Positions 49,708 to 59,401 of a DNA stretch of 64,000 nt are shown here, one piece after another. Source of the stretch: an uncultured Gammaproteobacteria bacterium (GTDB lineage Bacteria; Patescibacteriota; Microgenomatia; Daviesbacterales; UBA10151). The notes below the pieces were generated by a model. The model was not told the origin of the DNA, did no database searches, and saw only the letters and a program-made list of their open reading frames with translations. The DNA lies in assembly GCA_964523905.1 (NCBI GenBank), contig CAZFYQ010000001.1, positions 121,739 through 185,738 on the forward strand, read 5' to 3'. Position numbers and translations under genes: made by a program. Numbering within the stretch: the first letter of the stretch is position 1; every line of letters begins with the position of its first letter.

Positions 49708-50266
49708 TCAGCAAGGTCAAACCTTAATAGAATTAGTTGTAGTAACTGCTGTATCTGTTATTGTGGTGGGAGCTTTGACTTTTGCAACAGTATCATCTTT
49801 AAGAAATGCTCAATTTGCCAAAAACCAATCTCAAGCTACGCAGTTAGCACAAGAAGCTATTGAAGAGGTACGGTCTGGGAGAGATCAAAATAGAGCCGTA
49901 ATTATTCCTATTAGTAATCCGACTGTGTCTTCCTGGAATGGTGATAGCAATGGTGCGCCGATCTGGAGCTATCAGATTAATGGCAGCTGTGGCAATTTCA
50001 CTTTGACTCCTCCAACCTATTGTTATTTTAAATTAACAGATAATCAGGGGTCATTGCAATATATTGGTACCTCTGCGACTTTATCCCTTTCCCTTTCAGA
50101 GGCAATTCCACCAACTAATCCAGTCTTTCACCGGGCAATTTATTTATCTGATGATGCTACTACCTATTCTAGTCAGAAAACAGTGACTGCTGTGGTGCAA
50201 TGGACGGATTTTTCCGGCACTCATCAGTCAACGTTAAGTACAATTTTAGGAAACACGAATCAATGA
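49672..50266 (+). CDS. Minor pilin-like protein. The start is uncertain, with a possible TTG at 49672. It overlaps the previous gene.
   Basis: 'QQGQTLIELVVVTAVSVIVVGALT' has the G|xxxxE prepilin pattern. No in-frame ATG lies near the hydrophobic segment. Confidence 0.4.
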
Positions 50267-50970
50267 TAAAACATAATGGTCTGACTCTAATTGAATTACT
50301 GGTGGTAATGGCAGTTTTATCAGTGACCGGGATTTATATTCTAAATATCTTTACCTCTTCTTTGCGAGGCAGTAATAAATCTCAAGAAATAGGTATCATT
50401 AAACAAAACGGGCAGGCAGTTTTGAATGTCATGGATAGAACAGTTAGAAATGCCGATAATGTTGTTTGTCCCTTTTTTCTTCAGCCCACTGACACTACTT
50501 CTTATTCTAATACCCTGGTTACGGTTAAGGACGGAGTTTATACCAGATATCGTTTAATTCCAACAACTAATATCATCAATAATTCTCCAGGGAATAACTG
50601 TGGAACTACTATAGGAACCGGCTGTTTTGTCCAGGATAACCCTGTCAGGGGGTTAAATAGTGACGGTACAAAGCAATCAGATCCACAATTTGTTGATAGC
50701 ATTTGCCACGACGCCACACAATCACCAATGTTGCCAACTGCAATCTTATTAACTGACAGTAATCCCCAGACGGGTATATCAGTTAGCTGTATTAATAATG
50801 ATACTACTTGTACTCAAGTTAATACCCCGGCTTTTTTAAGACAAAGAGCTTCTGGGTATAAGGATCAGGTGGCGATTAGATTTTTGGCTAAGCCCGGGGT
50901 TAATGCACCTAACGCAGTTTCCGGTCAAATTGATCCGGTACCTTTTCAAACAACTATCAACTTAAGATGA
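50263..50970 (+). CDS. Minor pilin-like protein
   Basis: 'MIKHNGLTLIELLVVMAVLSV'. ATGA overlap with the upstream gene. The earlier in-frame Met at 50200 is rejected as an overlap. Confidence 0.55.
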   Translation: MIKHNGLTLIELLVVMAVLSVTGIYILNIFTSSLRGSNKSQEIGIIKQNGQAVLNVMDRTVRNADNVVCPFFLQPTDTTSYSNTLVTVKDGVYTRYRLIPTTNIINNSPGNNCGTTIGTGCFVQDNPVRGLNSDGTKQSDPQFVDSICHDATQSPMLPTAILLTDSNPQTGISVSCINNDTTCTQVNTPAFLRQRASGYKDQVAIRFLAKPGVNAPNAVSGQIDPVPFQTTINLR

Positions 50971-51875
50971 AACAACAAGGGCAAATTATTTTAATACTTA
51001 TTTTGGTCATGACTGTGGCTTTGGGCATTGGTTTATCTGTTATTCAAAAAAGTTTGGTGGATATTTCTACTGCTTCTAAGGTTGAGCAATCTTCCCGGGC
51101 TTTTTCTGCTGCTGAGGCAGGAGTAGAAAAAGTATTAGCAAATAAAGGACTAGATAAAAGCGGGCAAACTTTTACCGGTAATTCATCCAGTTTTCAGCCT
51201 GTTTCTGATTCCAAATCAATTCCTGGTCAACAATCAGGTAACAGTCCCCAAATTCCTGTTGTATATCCACCTTTGGCTAAAGAAGATGTAGTGCAAATTT
51301 GGCTAGCAGATCCAGCTACTGCTTTGCCTGGTAGTTGTGCTACCGGTGCGACTTGCTATAAACAGTCAAGCTTAGATGTTTATTGGGGAAATTCATCTTC
51401 TGATAAAGCAGCATTGGAATTGACTCTGGTTTATTATGGTACTGATCTTTCAGACCCAGTTGATCCGTCTACCACTAAATACAGATCTCGAAAATGGTAT
51501 CTCGATCAAAATATTACGAGGACACCAGATAATGGTTTTGAAAAACTTTCTTGTTTTGGAGGTATTGCCGAGTTACTTAACCTGGGGAATAATCAAACTC
51601 AACAATTCCAATGTAAGAAAACCATTACTGCTTTGCCATCAGGTTTAATGCTTCTTAGAGCTAGATTACTTTATAACACTGGCAGTCAACCTTTAGCAGT
51701 TCAGGCAGTCGGAACTTGTGGCAGTGATTGTTCTCTCCCCTCTCAAGCCAGGGAAATAATTTCCACCGGCACTTCCGGTAATACTCAAAGAACTGTTAGA
51801 TTATTTCAGATGAATCAAGTGGTGCCGCCATTTTTTGATTATGCTATTTTTTCAGCAGGAGAAATAAATAAATGA
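50967..51875 (+). CDS. Pilus-associated protein (PilX-like N-terminal helix), 302 aa
   Basis: 'MKQQGQIILILILVMTVALGIGLSV' N-terminal hydrophobic helix without the G/E prepilin motif. ATGA overlap. Confidence 0.45.
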   Translation: MKQQGQIILILILVMTVALGIGLSVIQKSLVDISTASKVEQSSRAFSAAEAGVEKVLANKGLDKSGQTFTGNSSSFQPVSDSKSIPGQQSGNSPQIPVVYPPLAKEDVVQIWLADPATALPGSCATGATCYKQSSLDVYWGNSSSDKAALELTLVYYGTDLSDPVDPSTTKYRSRKWYLDQNITRTPDNGFEKLSCFGGIAELLNLGNNQTQQFQCKKTITALPSGLMLLRARLLYNTGSQPLAVQAVGTCGSDCSLPSQAREIISTGTSGNTQRTVRLFQMNQVVPPFFDYAIFSAGEINK

Positions 51876-52303
51876 TCAATAATAAGCAAAGCTTGCGATC
51901 TAAAGATCTTGAACGCGGAGTTTCACTGATAGAATCACTAATGGTGGTTGTGGCAATGGGAGCAATAGTGCTTTTGATGGTTAATTTACCAAATGTGGTT
52001 AATCTAATGAATAAAAGTAATCATTTAAGCACTGCCAGGGAAATTGCCTTAAAACAGCTGGAAGATGAAAGAACTACTACTTACGGCAATTTAGCAACTG
52101 GGACTGTTAATATTGCTGATTCCAGAATTAGTTTATTGCCTCAGGGTTCGGGAACAGTCACTGTTTCTGATTGTGATTTAAGTATTTGTACCAATAGTGA
52201 GCATATTAAAAAGGTTACAGTGATAGTTTTATGGAAAGATAACAATAAACAACAGAATTTTAAAATAGATACTTTTATTGGTGAAGGGGGGTTAAATCAA
52301 TGA
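51872..52303 (+). CDS. Minor pilin-like protein
   Basis: 'RGVSLIESLMVVVAMGAIVLL'. ATGA overlap. Confidence 0.5.
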   Translation: MINNKQSLRSKDLERGVSLIESLMVVVAMGAIVLLMVNLPNVVNLMNKSNHLSTAREIALKQLEDERTTTYGNLATGTVNIADSRISLLPQGSGTVTVSDCDLSICTNSEHIKKVTVIVLWKDNNKQQNFKIDTFIGEGGLNQ

Positions 52304-52872
52304 AAAGAAATGGATTGACGTTAATTGAAGCTTTGATTGCCATGGGAATAGCAGCAATTGTCGGTACTTTGGTTTTGTCAGTCGCAATTAACAGCACCGG
52401 ACTTTTTTACAAAGAATCGTCCAAATTACAGGAAGGATTAAATATTAATGACGCTTTAGGCAAGATTCGGGATAGTGTTAATCAATCCAGTGGAGTTGCA
52501 GCCTCATTTACATCAGGTGGTATTACTTATACTTCTTCTGCCACTCAACTGGTCTTAAAAATTCCAGCCATTGATAATTCCGGCAATATTATTGCCAATA
52601 CGCTTGATTATATTGTTTTTTTCCAGGATCAAACAAAGCTACGTTATAAGCTGATCCATGATGTTGCCAGTTCCCGTAAATCCCAGGACCAGATTTTTTC
52701 TACCAGTGTTAACAGCCTGACTTTTAAATATCTTAATTCTCAAAATCCGCCAACTGAGGTTACCCCGGCTAGCGCTGCTAAAATCAGAACTATTTTGAGC
52801 CTAAAACAAAAAAATGGCCTGGCTACAGAGATTAATACAGCTACCTCGGAGGCAGGTTTAAGAAATGACTAA
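52300..52872 (+). CDS. Minor pilin-like protein
   Basis: 'MKRNGLTLIEALIAMGIAAIVG'. ATGA overlap. Confidence 0.55.
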   Translation: MKRNGLTLIEALIAMGIAAIVGTLVLSVAINSTGLFYKESSKLQEGLNINDALGKIRDSVNQSSGVAASFTSGGITYTSSATQLVLKIPAIDNSGNIIANTLDYIVFFQDQTKLRYKLIHDVASSRKSQDQIFSTSVNSLTFKYLNSQNPPTEVTPASAAKIRTILSLKQKNGLATEINTATSEAGLRND

Positions 52873-54640
52873 ACAGACAGGACAAATTTTATTAATAGTT
52901 TTTGTGGCTGTAGGGGTGGTGTTATTTACAGTTTTGTCAGTGATTGCCGGCGCCCAGATCTATTATCAAAATGCGACTTATTCTCAAAACAGCGAGAAAG
53001 CAATGGCTTTGGCAGAGGCTGGCATTGATAAAGCTGTAGCTTCGATGAATAAAACTGCCGGTAGTTACAACGGCGAAACAGAGACAGTCTTAGGAGACGG
53101 ATCCTATTCAGTAACAGTTGTTCCTAAGGATGCCGGAACAGCTATTATTACAGCTACCGGATATATTCCCAACAAAGCCAACCCTAAGACTAAGCGGACC
53201 ATTAAAATACAGCTTTCAAAAGGTACAGGTATATCCTTTGTCTATGGTATGTTAACTGGTAATGGTGGTATTACCATGCTTAATGGATCAACTATTAATG
53301 GATCAATTTACTCTAACGGCAATATCTCCGGGGGCAATAATGAAACTATTACCGGGGATGTTTATGTGGCAGGAGGTACTCAACCTAATGCTGACCAGCA
53401 AAGTGATTGTACGGGTGTAAACTGTACAGATTTTGTATTTGGCAAAACAGTCAGCGGTAATACCCAATTAGATGTAGCGCAGAGTTTTAAGCCATCCGCA
53501 ACAGCTGTAATTAATAAAGTTTCCTTAAAGCTTAAAAAAACCGGTTTACCTACAAGCATCACTGTTAGAATTCTGGCGGATAATGCTGGTAGTCCCGATA
53601 AAAATAGTGTTTTAACCTCTGGTACACTAGCAGCGGATCATGTAACTAATAGCTATGGTAGTGGCAGCGGTAGTTTTATTGATGTGACGTTTAATTCATC
53701 ACCCACATTAACTGCTAATACCACTTATTGGATTGTGCTGGACACATCGTCTGATTCAAGTAACTATTGGGCTTGGTCTGAGGATACCTCTCAAGGTTAT
53801 ACAGCAGGATCGCCAAAATGGTCCCCTGATTGGTCAGCCTCGCATCCTACCTGGAATAATATTAGCGGAGATTTAGGATTTCAAACTTGGATGGGTGGAG
53901 TGACAACCTCAGTTACCATGGGTAATGGTTCAGTGATACAGGGAAATGTTCATGCTAATACTATCAGCGGTGTCACAATAAATAAGGATGCTTTTTACCA
54001 GACGATTAATAATTCTACTGTTTTAGGCGTTTCTCATCCTAATTCAACTGATCCGGTACCAATTGCCATGCCAATTTCCAGTGGTAATATTTCTGAATGG
54101 CAAGCCCAGGCTGCAACTCATGGTCCTTACCCAGCTCCTAGTGGTTGTCCTACTATAATTGCATCAGGTAAATATGTTGGTGATTTTACTACCGGGAATA
54201 ATTGTACAATTAAAGTTATCACGCCAATTTGGTTAACAGGTAATTTGGTGGTGGGGAATTCAGTAATTTTCCAGATGGATTCCAGCTTGGGTAGTTATTC
54301 CGGACAAATGATTGTTGATGGAACCACCATTTTTGGTAATGGTGATGATTTAAAAGGAACCGGTCAAAGCGGTAGTTATCTTACTTTGCTTTCAACTTAT
54401 CCCTCACAAGTCACGCCAGCTATTAATACCGGTAATAGTTCAATTACGGGAATTTTATATGCCCCCTTTGGAATAATTTCTCTGGCTAATACTGCCAATT
54501 TTAAAGAAGCAGTAGCATGGCAAATTAACATGGGTACTGGAACTGTGCTAACTTATGATTCGGGGTTAATTTCAACCTTTTTTTCTTCCGGCCCTTCCGG
54601 ATCATTCAGCTTAGTTAAAGGTACCTACCAAGTAAAGTGA
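52865..54640 (+). CDS. Large (591 aa) pilus-associated protein with a PilX-like N-terminal helix and a long Gly/Asn/Thr-rich beta-helix-like repeat region. Candidate tip adhesin.
   Basis: 'MTKQTGQILLIVFVAVGVVLFTVLS', then repetitive 'GNGGITMLNGSTINGSIYSNGNISGGNNETITGDVYVAGG' segments. Confidence 0.45.
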   Translation: MTKQTGQILLIVFVAVGVVLFTVLSVIAGAQIYYQNATYSQNSEKAMALAEAGIDKAVASMNKTAGSYNGETETVLGDGSYSVTVVPKDAGTAIITATGYIPNKANPKTKRTIKIQLSKGTGISFVYGMLTGNGGITMLNGSTINGSIYSNGNISGGNNETITGDVYVAGGTQPNADQQSDCTGVNCTDFVFGKTVSGNTQLDVAQSFKPSATAVINKVSLKLKKTGLPTSITVRILADNAGSPDKNSVLTSGTLAADHVTNSYGSGSGSFIDVTFNSSPTLTANTTYWIVLDTSSDSSNYWAWSEDTSQGYTAGSPKWSPDWSASHPTWNNISGDLGFQTWMGGVTTSVTMGNGSVIQGNVHANTISGVTINKDAFYQTINNSTVLGVSHPNSTDPVPIAMPISSGNISEWQAQAATHGPYPAPSGCPTIIASGKYVGDFTTGNNCTIKVITPIWLTGNLVVGNSVIFQMDSSLGSYSGQMIVDGTTIFGNGDDLKGTGQSGSYLTLLSTYPSQVTPAINTGNSSITGILYAPFGIISLANTANFKEAVAWQINMGTGTVLTYDSGLISTFFSSGPSGSFSLVKGTYQVK

Positions 54641-54686
54641 CAATTGACAATTACAGGCTAACAATCGACAATTAAATAACTGCCCT

Positions 54687-55724
54687 ATGGGAAAAATTAC
54701 TGTTGGCTTAGACTTAGGAGTATCCTCAATTAAAGTTGTTTCTTTAAATAAAGACGGAGATACTCACAAATTAGTTTCGCTGGGAACAATTGGTTCGCCT
54801 GCTCCGGGAATGTTATCTGACAGTGAAGAAGTATTAGTTGGTGTGGGAGAAGTGATCAAAAAGCTGATGTCTGCTACCAAAATAGAGCAAACAGAAGTGA
54901 TGATTGCTTTGCCTGAATCAAAAGTTTTTACCAGGGTGATTGATGACTTGCCTTATTTAACTGATAACGAGCTTTCTACAGCTATTCGTTATGCAGCTGA
55001 AGAATTTATCCCAATGCCAATTACAGAGGTTAATTTAAACTGGCAGGTTTTACTAAGAACTGATCCTAAGCTTAAAGACGCCAGAACTATTGTGCTGGTA
55101 GTAGCTTCTCCGAAGAAGGTGGTAGAAAAATATCTGAAAATATTAACAGCGGCCGGTTTACGCCCCAAAGCTTTGGAAACAGAAACTATTGCAGCAACCA
55201 GGTCTTTAGTGGGAAATAATCCTTTTTCCCCTACTACTCTTATCATCCAACTGAGTGCAGCTACCACAGATTTTGCTGTAGTAACCAAGGGCTTAATTTG
55301 GTTAACCCGCTCTATTTCTACAGGTGGAATGGCCTTAACGCGTTCATTATCCCAGCATTTCAATTTTGAATTGGCGCAAGCTGAGGAATATAAAAAGGTT
55401 TACGGTCTTTTGGAGGATCAGCTGGAGGGAAAGGTCTCTGAAGTGTTAAAACCAATTGCTGATATTATGGTAGGTGAAGCAAAACGAATGATTCAGTCTT
55501 TTGAAGCTAAATATCCACAAAATCCGGTTAAAAGAGTAGTTTTATCAGGTGGCGGAGCCAAAATGCCGGGTTTAGTAATTTATTTTGCCAACAACTTAGG
55601 TTTGGAAGTGCAGGAGGCTGATCCCTGGTATTCGATTGCTAAAGATAAGGCTTTAGATCCTAAATTGGCACTAACCGCTCCTTCTTATGCTGTTGCTGTG
55701 GGACTGGCTTTAAGAGAGGATTAA
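54687..55724 (+). CDS. pilM: Type IV pilus assembly protein PilM (actin-like ATPase fold)
   Basis: 'ITVGLDLGVSSIKVVSL' N-terminus and 'VVLSGGGAKMPGL'. Confidence 0.8.
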   Translation: MGKITVGLDLGVSSIKVVSLNKDGDTHKLVSLGTIGSPAPGMLSDSEEVLVGVGEVIKKLMSATKIEQTEVMIALPESKVFTRVIDDLPYLTDNELSTAIRYAAEEFIPMPITEVNLNWQVLLRTDPKLKDARTIVLVVASPKKVVEKYLKILTAAGLRPKALETETIAATRSLVGNNPFSPTTLIIQLSAATTDFAVVTKGLIWLTRSISTGGMALTRSLSQHFNFELAQAEEYKKVYGLLEDQLEGKVSEVLKPIADIMVGEAKRMIQSFEAKYPQNPVKRVVLSGGGAKMPGLVIYFANNLGLEVQEADPWYSIAKDKALDPKLALTAPSYAVAVGLALRED

Positions 55725-55725
55725 T

Positions 55726-56274
55726 ATGCCAAAGTTAATGTCAATAGATTTATTGCCGGCTGAATTTAAGCAGGCCCAAATTAAAAATTCTAAATTTTAC
55801 AAGATCCAGTCAATTGGCATAGCCATTATTGGCATAATTGCATTTTTAGCTTGTTTAATGGTGGCTCTTAGACTTTTGCAAAGCCAAAAAATCGTCCAAT
55901 TGCAAAGCAGGGCTTCTGAAGCAGAGCAAAAAGTTTCCAGTTTAAAGACCTCACAGGGCTATTTATTACTGTTAAAAAATAGGCTGGATACCATTAATCA
56001 ATACCTGGGTACGCCTTCGAAGATTTCCGCAGTCTATGATCTAATTGAAAGACTTTTGCCACCGGATGTGTCTATTAGTACAATTTCAGTTAGTCGTGAT
56101 GGTGAAGTATCAATTTTAGCTACTAGTAGTAACCCAAACTCTTTGGATTTATTCTTAAGCACTTTGCTATCAAAAGACAGTAGTAATGGTCAAATTAAAC
56201 AAGTTAATATGGATAACTTAAGTAGAGGCAAAGATGGGATTTATAGATTAACTGTCACCATTAAACAAAAATAA
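55726..56274 (+). CDS. pilN: Type IV pilus assembly protein PilN
   Basis: Short cytoplasmic N-terminus, single TM and a coiled-coil periplasmic domain. Position after pilM. Confidence 0.6.
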   Translation: MPKLMSIDLLPAEFKQAQIKNSKFYKIQSIGIAIIGIIAFLACLMVALRLLQSQKIVQLQSRASEAEQKVSSLKTSQGYLLLLKNRLDTINQYLGTPSKISAVYDLIERLLPPDVSISTISVSRDGEVSILATSSNPNSLDLFLSTLLSKDSSNGQIKQVNMDNLSRGKDGIYRLTVTIKQK

Positions 56275-56277
56275 CCG

Positions 56278-56979
56278 ATGAAAAAAGAGGACATTGTCAG
56301 ATTCTATCTGGAATACAGAATGTTTATTTTTCCGGCTGTCACGGCTATTTTAAGCTTAATTTTCATTGTCCTGGTGATTTATCCCCAAACTATGAAGCTG
56401 CTTAGTAATCAAAAGGCCCAAGTAGATATCACTACCAGGTCAAGCTTTTTAGAAGAGAAAGCTCAGGAATTGGAAAACTATAATCAACAGGATTTAAATA
56501 ACAAAGTTAACATTTCCTTAAATTCTTATCCTGCTGATAAAGATTTCGCAAACGTGATCGGACTGTTGCAGAATATGACCAGTCAGTTAGGATTTACCAT
56601 TGTTTCGCTATCTCTTGGTGGAGGTACTGTTAAAGCCCCGGGCGTTCAAAGCTATAGTATTAAATTAGATTTGCTAGGGCCACTGGCTGCTGCTCCGGTT
56701 TTAGTAAACAATATTGAACAGTCTCCAAGACTGATGAAAGTATCCGGAATAGAAACTTCATCTGGGGGTAATCCTAATGCCGCATCTATCACCCTCAGCC
56801 TGGAGGTACTATATTCGCCCGCCATCTCAAGCTATGGTAGCGTTGACTCCCCGTTGCCTAAATTAACAGAAAAAGATCAACAGGTTTTAGCAACATTACA
56901 GTCCGCTGTTTCCCCGCTTGAGCAAACTTCAGCCACCTCTGCTGCGGTGGCCCGAGGAAGGGACAATCCCTTTCAGTAG
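56278..56979 (+). CDS. pilO: Type IV pilus assembly protein PilO-like
   Basis: Single TM, coiled coil, and position after pilN. Confidence 0.55.
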   Translation: MKKEDIVRFYLEYRMFIFPAVTAILSLIFIVLVIYPQTMKLLSNQKAQVDITTRSSFLEEKAQELENYNQQDLNNKVNISLNSYPADKDFANVIGLLQNMTSQLGFTIVSLSLGGGTVKAPGVQSYSIKLDLLGPLAAAPVLVNNIEQSPRLMKVSGIETSSGGNPNAASITLSLEVLYSPAISSYGSVDSPLPKLTEKDQQVLATLQSAVSPLEQTSATSAAVARGRDNPFQ

Positions 56980-57630
56980 TTCAGGTCTGACTGCTTTTGT
57001 TTTTGCAAGAGACTGATCTTTTCGCCATTGATCAATGGCTTCGTGGTTTCCGGATAGTAAAATCTCCGGAACTTTTAGTTTTCCCCATTTCTCTGGCCGG
57101 GTATACTGTGGACCTTCCAGCAAGTCTTCAGTAAAAGATTCATTAATTATTGCTTCTGGTTTTTCTAAAACTCCCGGAATTAATCTAGTTACTGAATCGG
57201 TAATTATCATGGCTGGAATTTCTCCGCCAGTTAAAACATAATCGCCAATAGAAATTTCCTCATCCACATACTGATCAATAAAACGCTGATCAACTCCTTC
57301 ATAGTGACCGCAGACTATGATGATGTGCTTTAATTTGGATAGTCTTCTGGCATCAGCTTGCTGGTATGTTTTACCAGAGGCGGAAGTTAGAATAACTGTA
57401 CCGGGTTTTACTGATTTTAATGCTTTGGCTAGGATGTCAGCTTTTAGAACCATGCCTGCTCCGCCGCCATATGGCCTATCATCAACTATTTGGTGTCTTC
57501 CTTCACCAAAGATTCTTAGATTGATTAATTCAAAGGAAATTTTCTTTTTTTGCTGTGCGCGCTTAAGGATGGATGAATTTAAAGTTGGTTCAAATACTTC
57601 GGGGAATAAAGTAATGATTGATATTTTCAC
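56929..57630 (-). CDS. trmD: tRNA (guanine37-N1)-methyltransferase
   Basis: 'MKISIITLFPEVFEP' N-terminus, SPOUT knot region 'GGEIPAMI'. Confidence 0.85.
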   Translation of the reverse strand: MKISIITLFPEVFEPTLNSSILKRAQQKKKISFELINLRIFGEGRHQIVDDRPYGGGAGMVLKADILAKALKSVKPGTVILTSASGKTYQQADARRLSKLKHIIIVCGHYEGVDQRFIDQYVDEEISIGDYVLTGGEIPAMIITDSVTRLIPGVLEKPEAIINESFTEDLLEGPQYTRPEKWGKLKVPEILLSGNHEAIDQWRKDQSLAKTKAVRPELLKGIVPSSGHRSRGG

Positions 57631-57899
57631 TTTTCAGTCTGATCTTCGGTTTTTTTGTACGCGCCTGCTGGTTCAGTAAGTTGCAGATTAACCCGGACAT
57701 TTTCAGCAATTGCCCTAATAGTAAGTAACTTACGGATCGCACGAATAGTTTGACCGCTTTTGCCAATAATTAAACCCATATCTGAAGGGTCAACCGTTAA
57801 ATTCAAATTAACATTGCCGGCATCTTCTTGCTCGTCAATTACTACAGCATCGGGATTACTAACTAAATTTTTAACAATATACTCAAGCAGATCCTTCAT
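57627..57899 (-). CDS. KH-domain RNA-binding protein (YlqC/UPF0109 family)
   Basis: 'GLIIGKSGQTIRAIRKL' is the KH GxxG loop. Conserved position between rpsP and trmD. The start is taken at the internal Met ('MKDLLEY'), because the upstream in-frame Q-rich extension overlaps rpsP. Confidence 0.6.
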   Translation of the reverse strand: MKDLLEYIVKNLVSNPDAVVIDEQEDAGNVNLNLTVDPSDMGLIIGKSGQTIRAIRKLLTIRAIAENVRVNLQLTEPAGAYKKTEDQTEK

Positions 57900-58413
57900 C
57901 TTTGGTCTCCTCTGCTTCTGCTGCTGGCCCTGCAACTGGTTCAGTATCTGTTGCGGGTGCTTCCTCTGTAGCCGGCTCTTCAGGAGTTGCAGTGGCTTCT
58001 TCTGTTGGAGTTTCAGCTGGAGCTTGTTCAACAGGTTCCACGGTCTCTGCAGGTGTCACAGCCTCTTCTGCTGCAGGAGCTGCTTCTTCTGTAGTTACTT
58101 TAGCAGCTTCATCTGGTTGTTGGGTTGGTTGAGCTGCTGGTGCTGCTTTCTTTTCTTTCTTTGGTTTTCTTGGTGGTCTTTGTGGAGCTTTGCCAATCAT
58201 TCGAAGGTACCCATCAGAAAGTTGAGCGCCTTTTTTAACCCACTCATCAATACGATCTTGTTTTAATTTGATTTCCTTAGGGTCTGTTAAAGGATTGTAG
58301 GTACCGAGTAATTCAATATAGGTTCCGGTTCTTTTGGCACGCTCGTCAACAGCCACCACCCGATAAAAGGGTTTCTTTTTTGCACCTATTCTTAAAAGTC
58401 TGATCTTAAGCAT
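57883..58413 (-). CDS. rpsP: 30S ribosomal protein S16 with a C-terminal acidic Ala/Glu/Pro/Thr-rich extension of about 95 aa
   Basis: 'MLKIRLLRIGAKKKPFYRVVAVDERAKRTGTYIELLGTYNP', then a low-complexity tail. Confidence 0.85.
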   Translation of the reverse strand: MLKIRLLRIGAKKKPFYRVVAVDERAKRTGTYIELLGTYNPLTDPKEIKLKQDRIDEWVKKGAQLSDGYLRMIGKAPQRPPRKPKKEKKAAPAAQPTQQPDEAAKVTTEEAAPAAEEAVTPAETVEPVEQAPAETPTEEATATPEEPATEEAPATDTEPVAGPAAEAEETKDEGSA

Positions 58414-58469
58414 GGTGATAAGTATATGGAAAAGCTAGCTTTAAGTCAATGTGTAGTTGAAAAAGGGTT

Positions 58470-59159
58470 CTAATCCAGTTTTTTAAGTGCCAGTGTTGCT
58501 GCCTGTTCTTCGGCTTCCTGTTTACTATTACCCTCACCTCTTCCGTATTCCTTAGCTTTCAAATAAACTGCCACCAAAAACTTTTTAGCATGATCAGGAC
58601 CCTTGGTTCCTAAGATTTTATAGTGAGGAGATTCTTTTAAGCGGTCCTGAACCATCTCCTGTAATAGCGACTTGGCATCTTTTGGCGGTCCGGATTTTAA
58701 CTCAGCTGCAAACAGCGTTAGTAAAGTTTTATCAATCACTTTTTCAACAGCAGCTAAACCCTGGTCTAGAAAAACTGCCCCAAGCAGTGCCTCAAAAGTA
58801 TTGGCTAGTAGCTGAGGGTTTATTCTGCCTCCTCCCAATTCCTCACCTTTTGAAAGTCTAAGAAAACTACCGAGATCTAATTTTTTGGAAGCTTCAGCCA
58901 AAGATTTTGTTTTAACAATGTAGGCTCTTAAGTTGGTGAGGTCTCCTTCAGCGTCTTGTTTCCTAGTCTTATATAAGTGGCTGGAAACTACAAAGGATAA
59001 AATAGAATCACCCAAAAATTCTAAACGTTCGTTTGATTCCAAGTTAAGACTGGTCTCATTTAAAAAAGAGCGGTGATGAAAAGCTTGCTGAAGCAGTTTT
59101 ATATCATTAAATTTGATATCCAGCCGGGTTAACAGTTTTTGAAATTCGTCATCTGCCAT
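58470..59159 (-). CDS. rnc: Ribonuclease III
   Basis: 'ERLEFLGDSIL' signature and C-terminal dsRBD. Confidence 0.85.
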   Translation of the reverse strand: MADDEFQKLLTRLDIKFNDIKLLQQAFHHRSFLNETSLNLESNERLEFLGDSILSFVVSSHLYKTRKQDAEGDLTNLRAYIVKTKSLAEASKKLDLGSFLRLSKGEELGGGRINPQLLANTFEALLGAVFLDQGLAAVEKVIDKTLLTLFAAELKSGPPKDAKSLLQEMVQDRLKESPHYKILGTKGPDHAKKFLVAVYLKAKEYGRGEGNSKQEAEEQAATLALKKLD

Positions 59160-59161
59160 GC

Positions 59162-59401
59162 CTAGTCTAATAAGTTATCCTCGACTAATACAATTAAATC
59201 TTCTACCCTGGCTAAATGTTCTACCTGATCTGGCTCAAAAGTGATATTAAACTTATGTGAAAGACTTGACAGCAGATCATTTAATTCAATTGGACCTAAG
59301 TTTAAATCCTCTGATAAAAGTGAATCCCTTTCAATATCATCCGGGGTTAAACCCAGCTGCGTTGCAATAATATTAATAATTTCTGTTTCAGTTGCTGACA
59401 T
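59162..59401 (-). CDS. Acyl-carrier-protein-like protein that lacks the phosphopantetheine-attachment serine
   Basis: Aligns to ACP helix I/II ('[11 protein letters not shown]...[14 protein letters not shown]' versus E. coli 'VKKIIGEQLGV...EDLGADSLDTVELV'). The DSL Ser corresponds to Pro here. Conserved position upstream of rnc. Confidence 0.55.
   Translation of the reverse strand: MSATETEIINIIATQLGLTPDDIERDSLLSEDLNLGPIELNDLLSSLSHKFNITFEPDQVEHLARVEDLIVLVEDNLLD

Noticed and set aside
57900-58031. Gln-rich N-terminal extension of the KH-domain protein
   Set aside because: It overlaps the S16 C-terminal tail in another frame. The KH protein most likely starts at MKDLLEY. It is kept as an observation under findings and not annotated as coding.
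58431-58442. 12-bp perfect palindrome AAAGCTAGCTTT downstream of rnc as a terminator
   Set aside because: There is no loop and no flanking T-run. It is more likely a chance or restriction-site-like palindrome.
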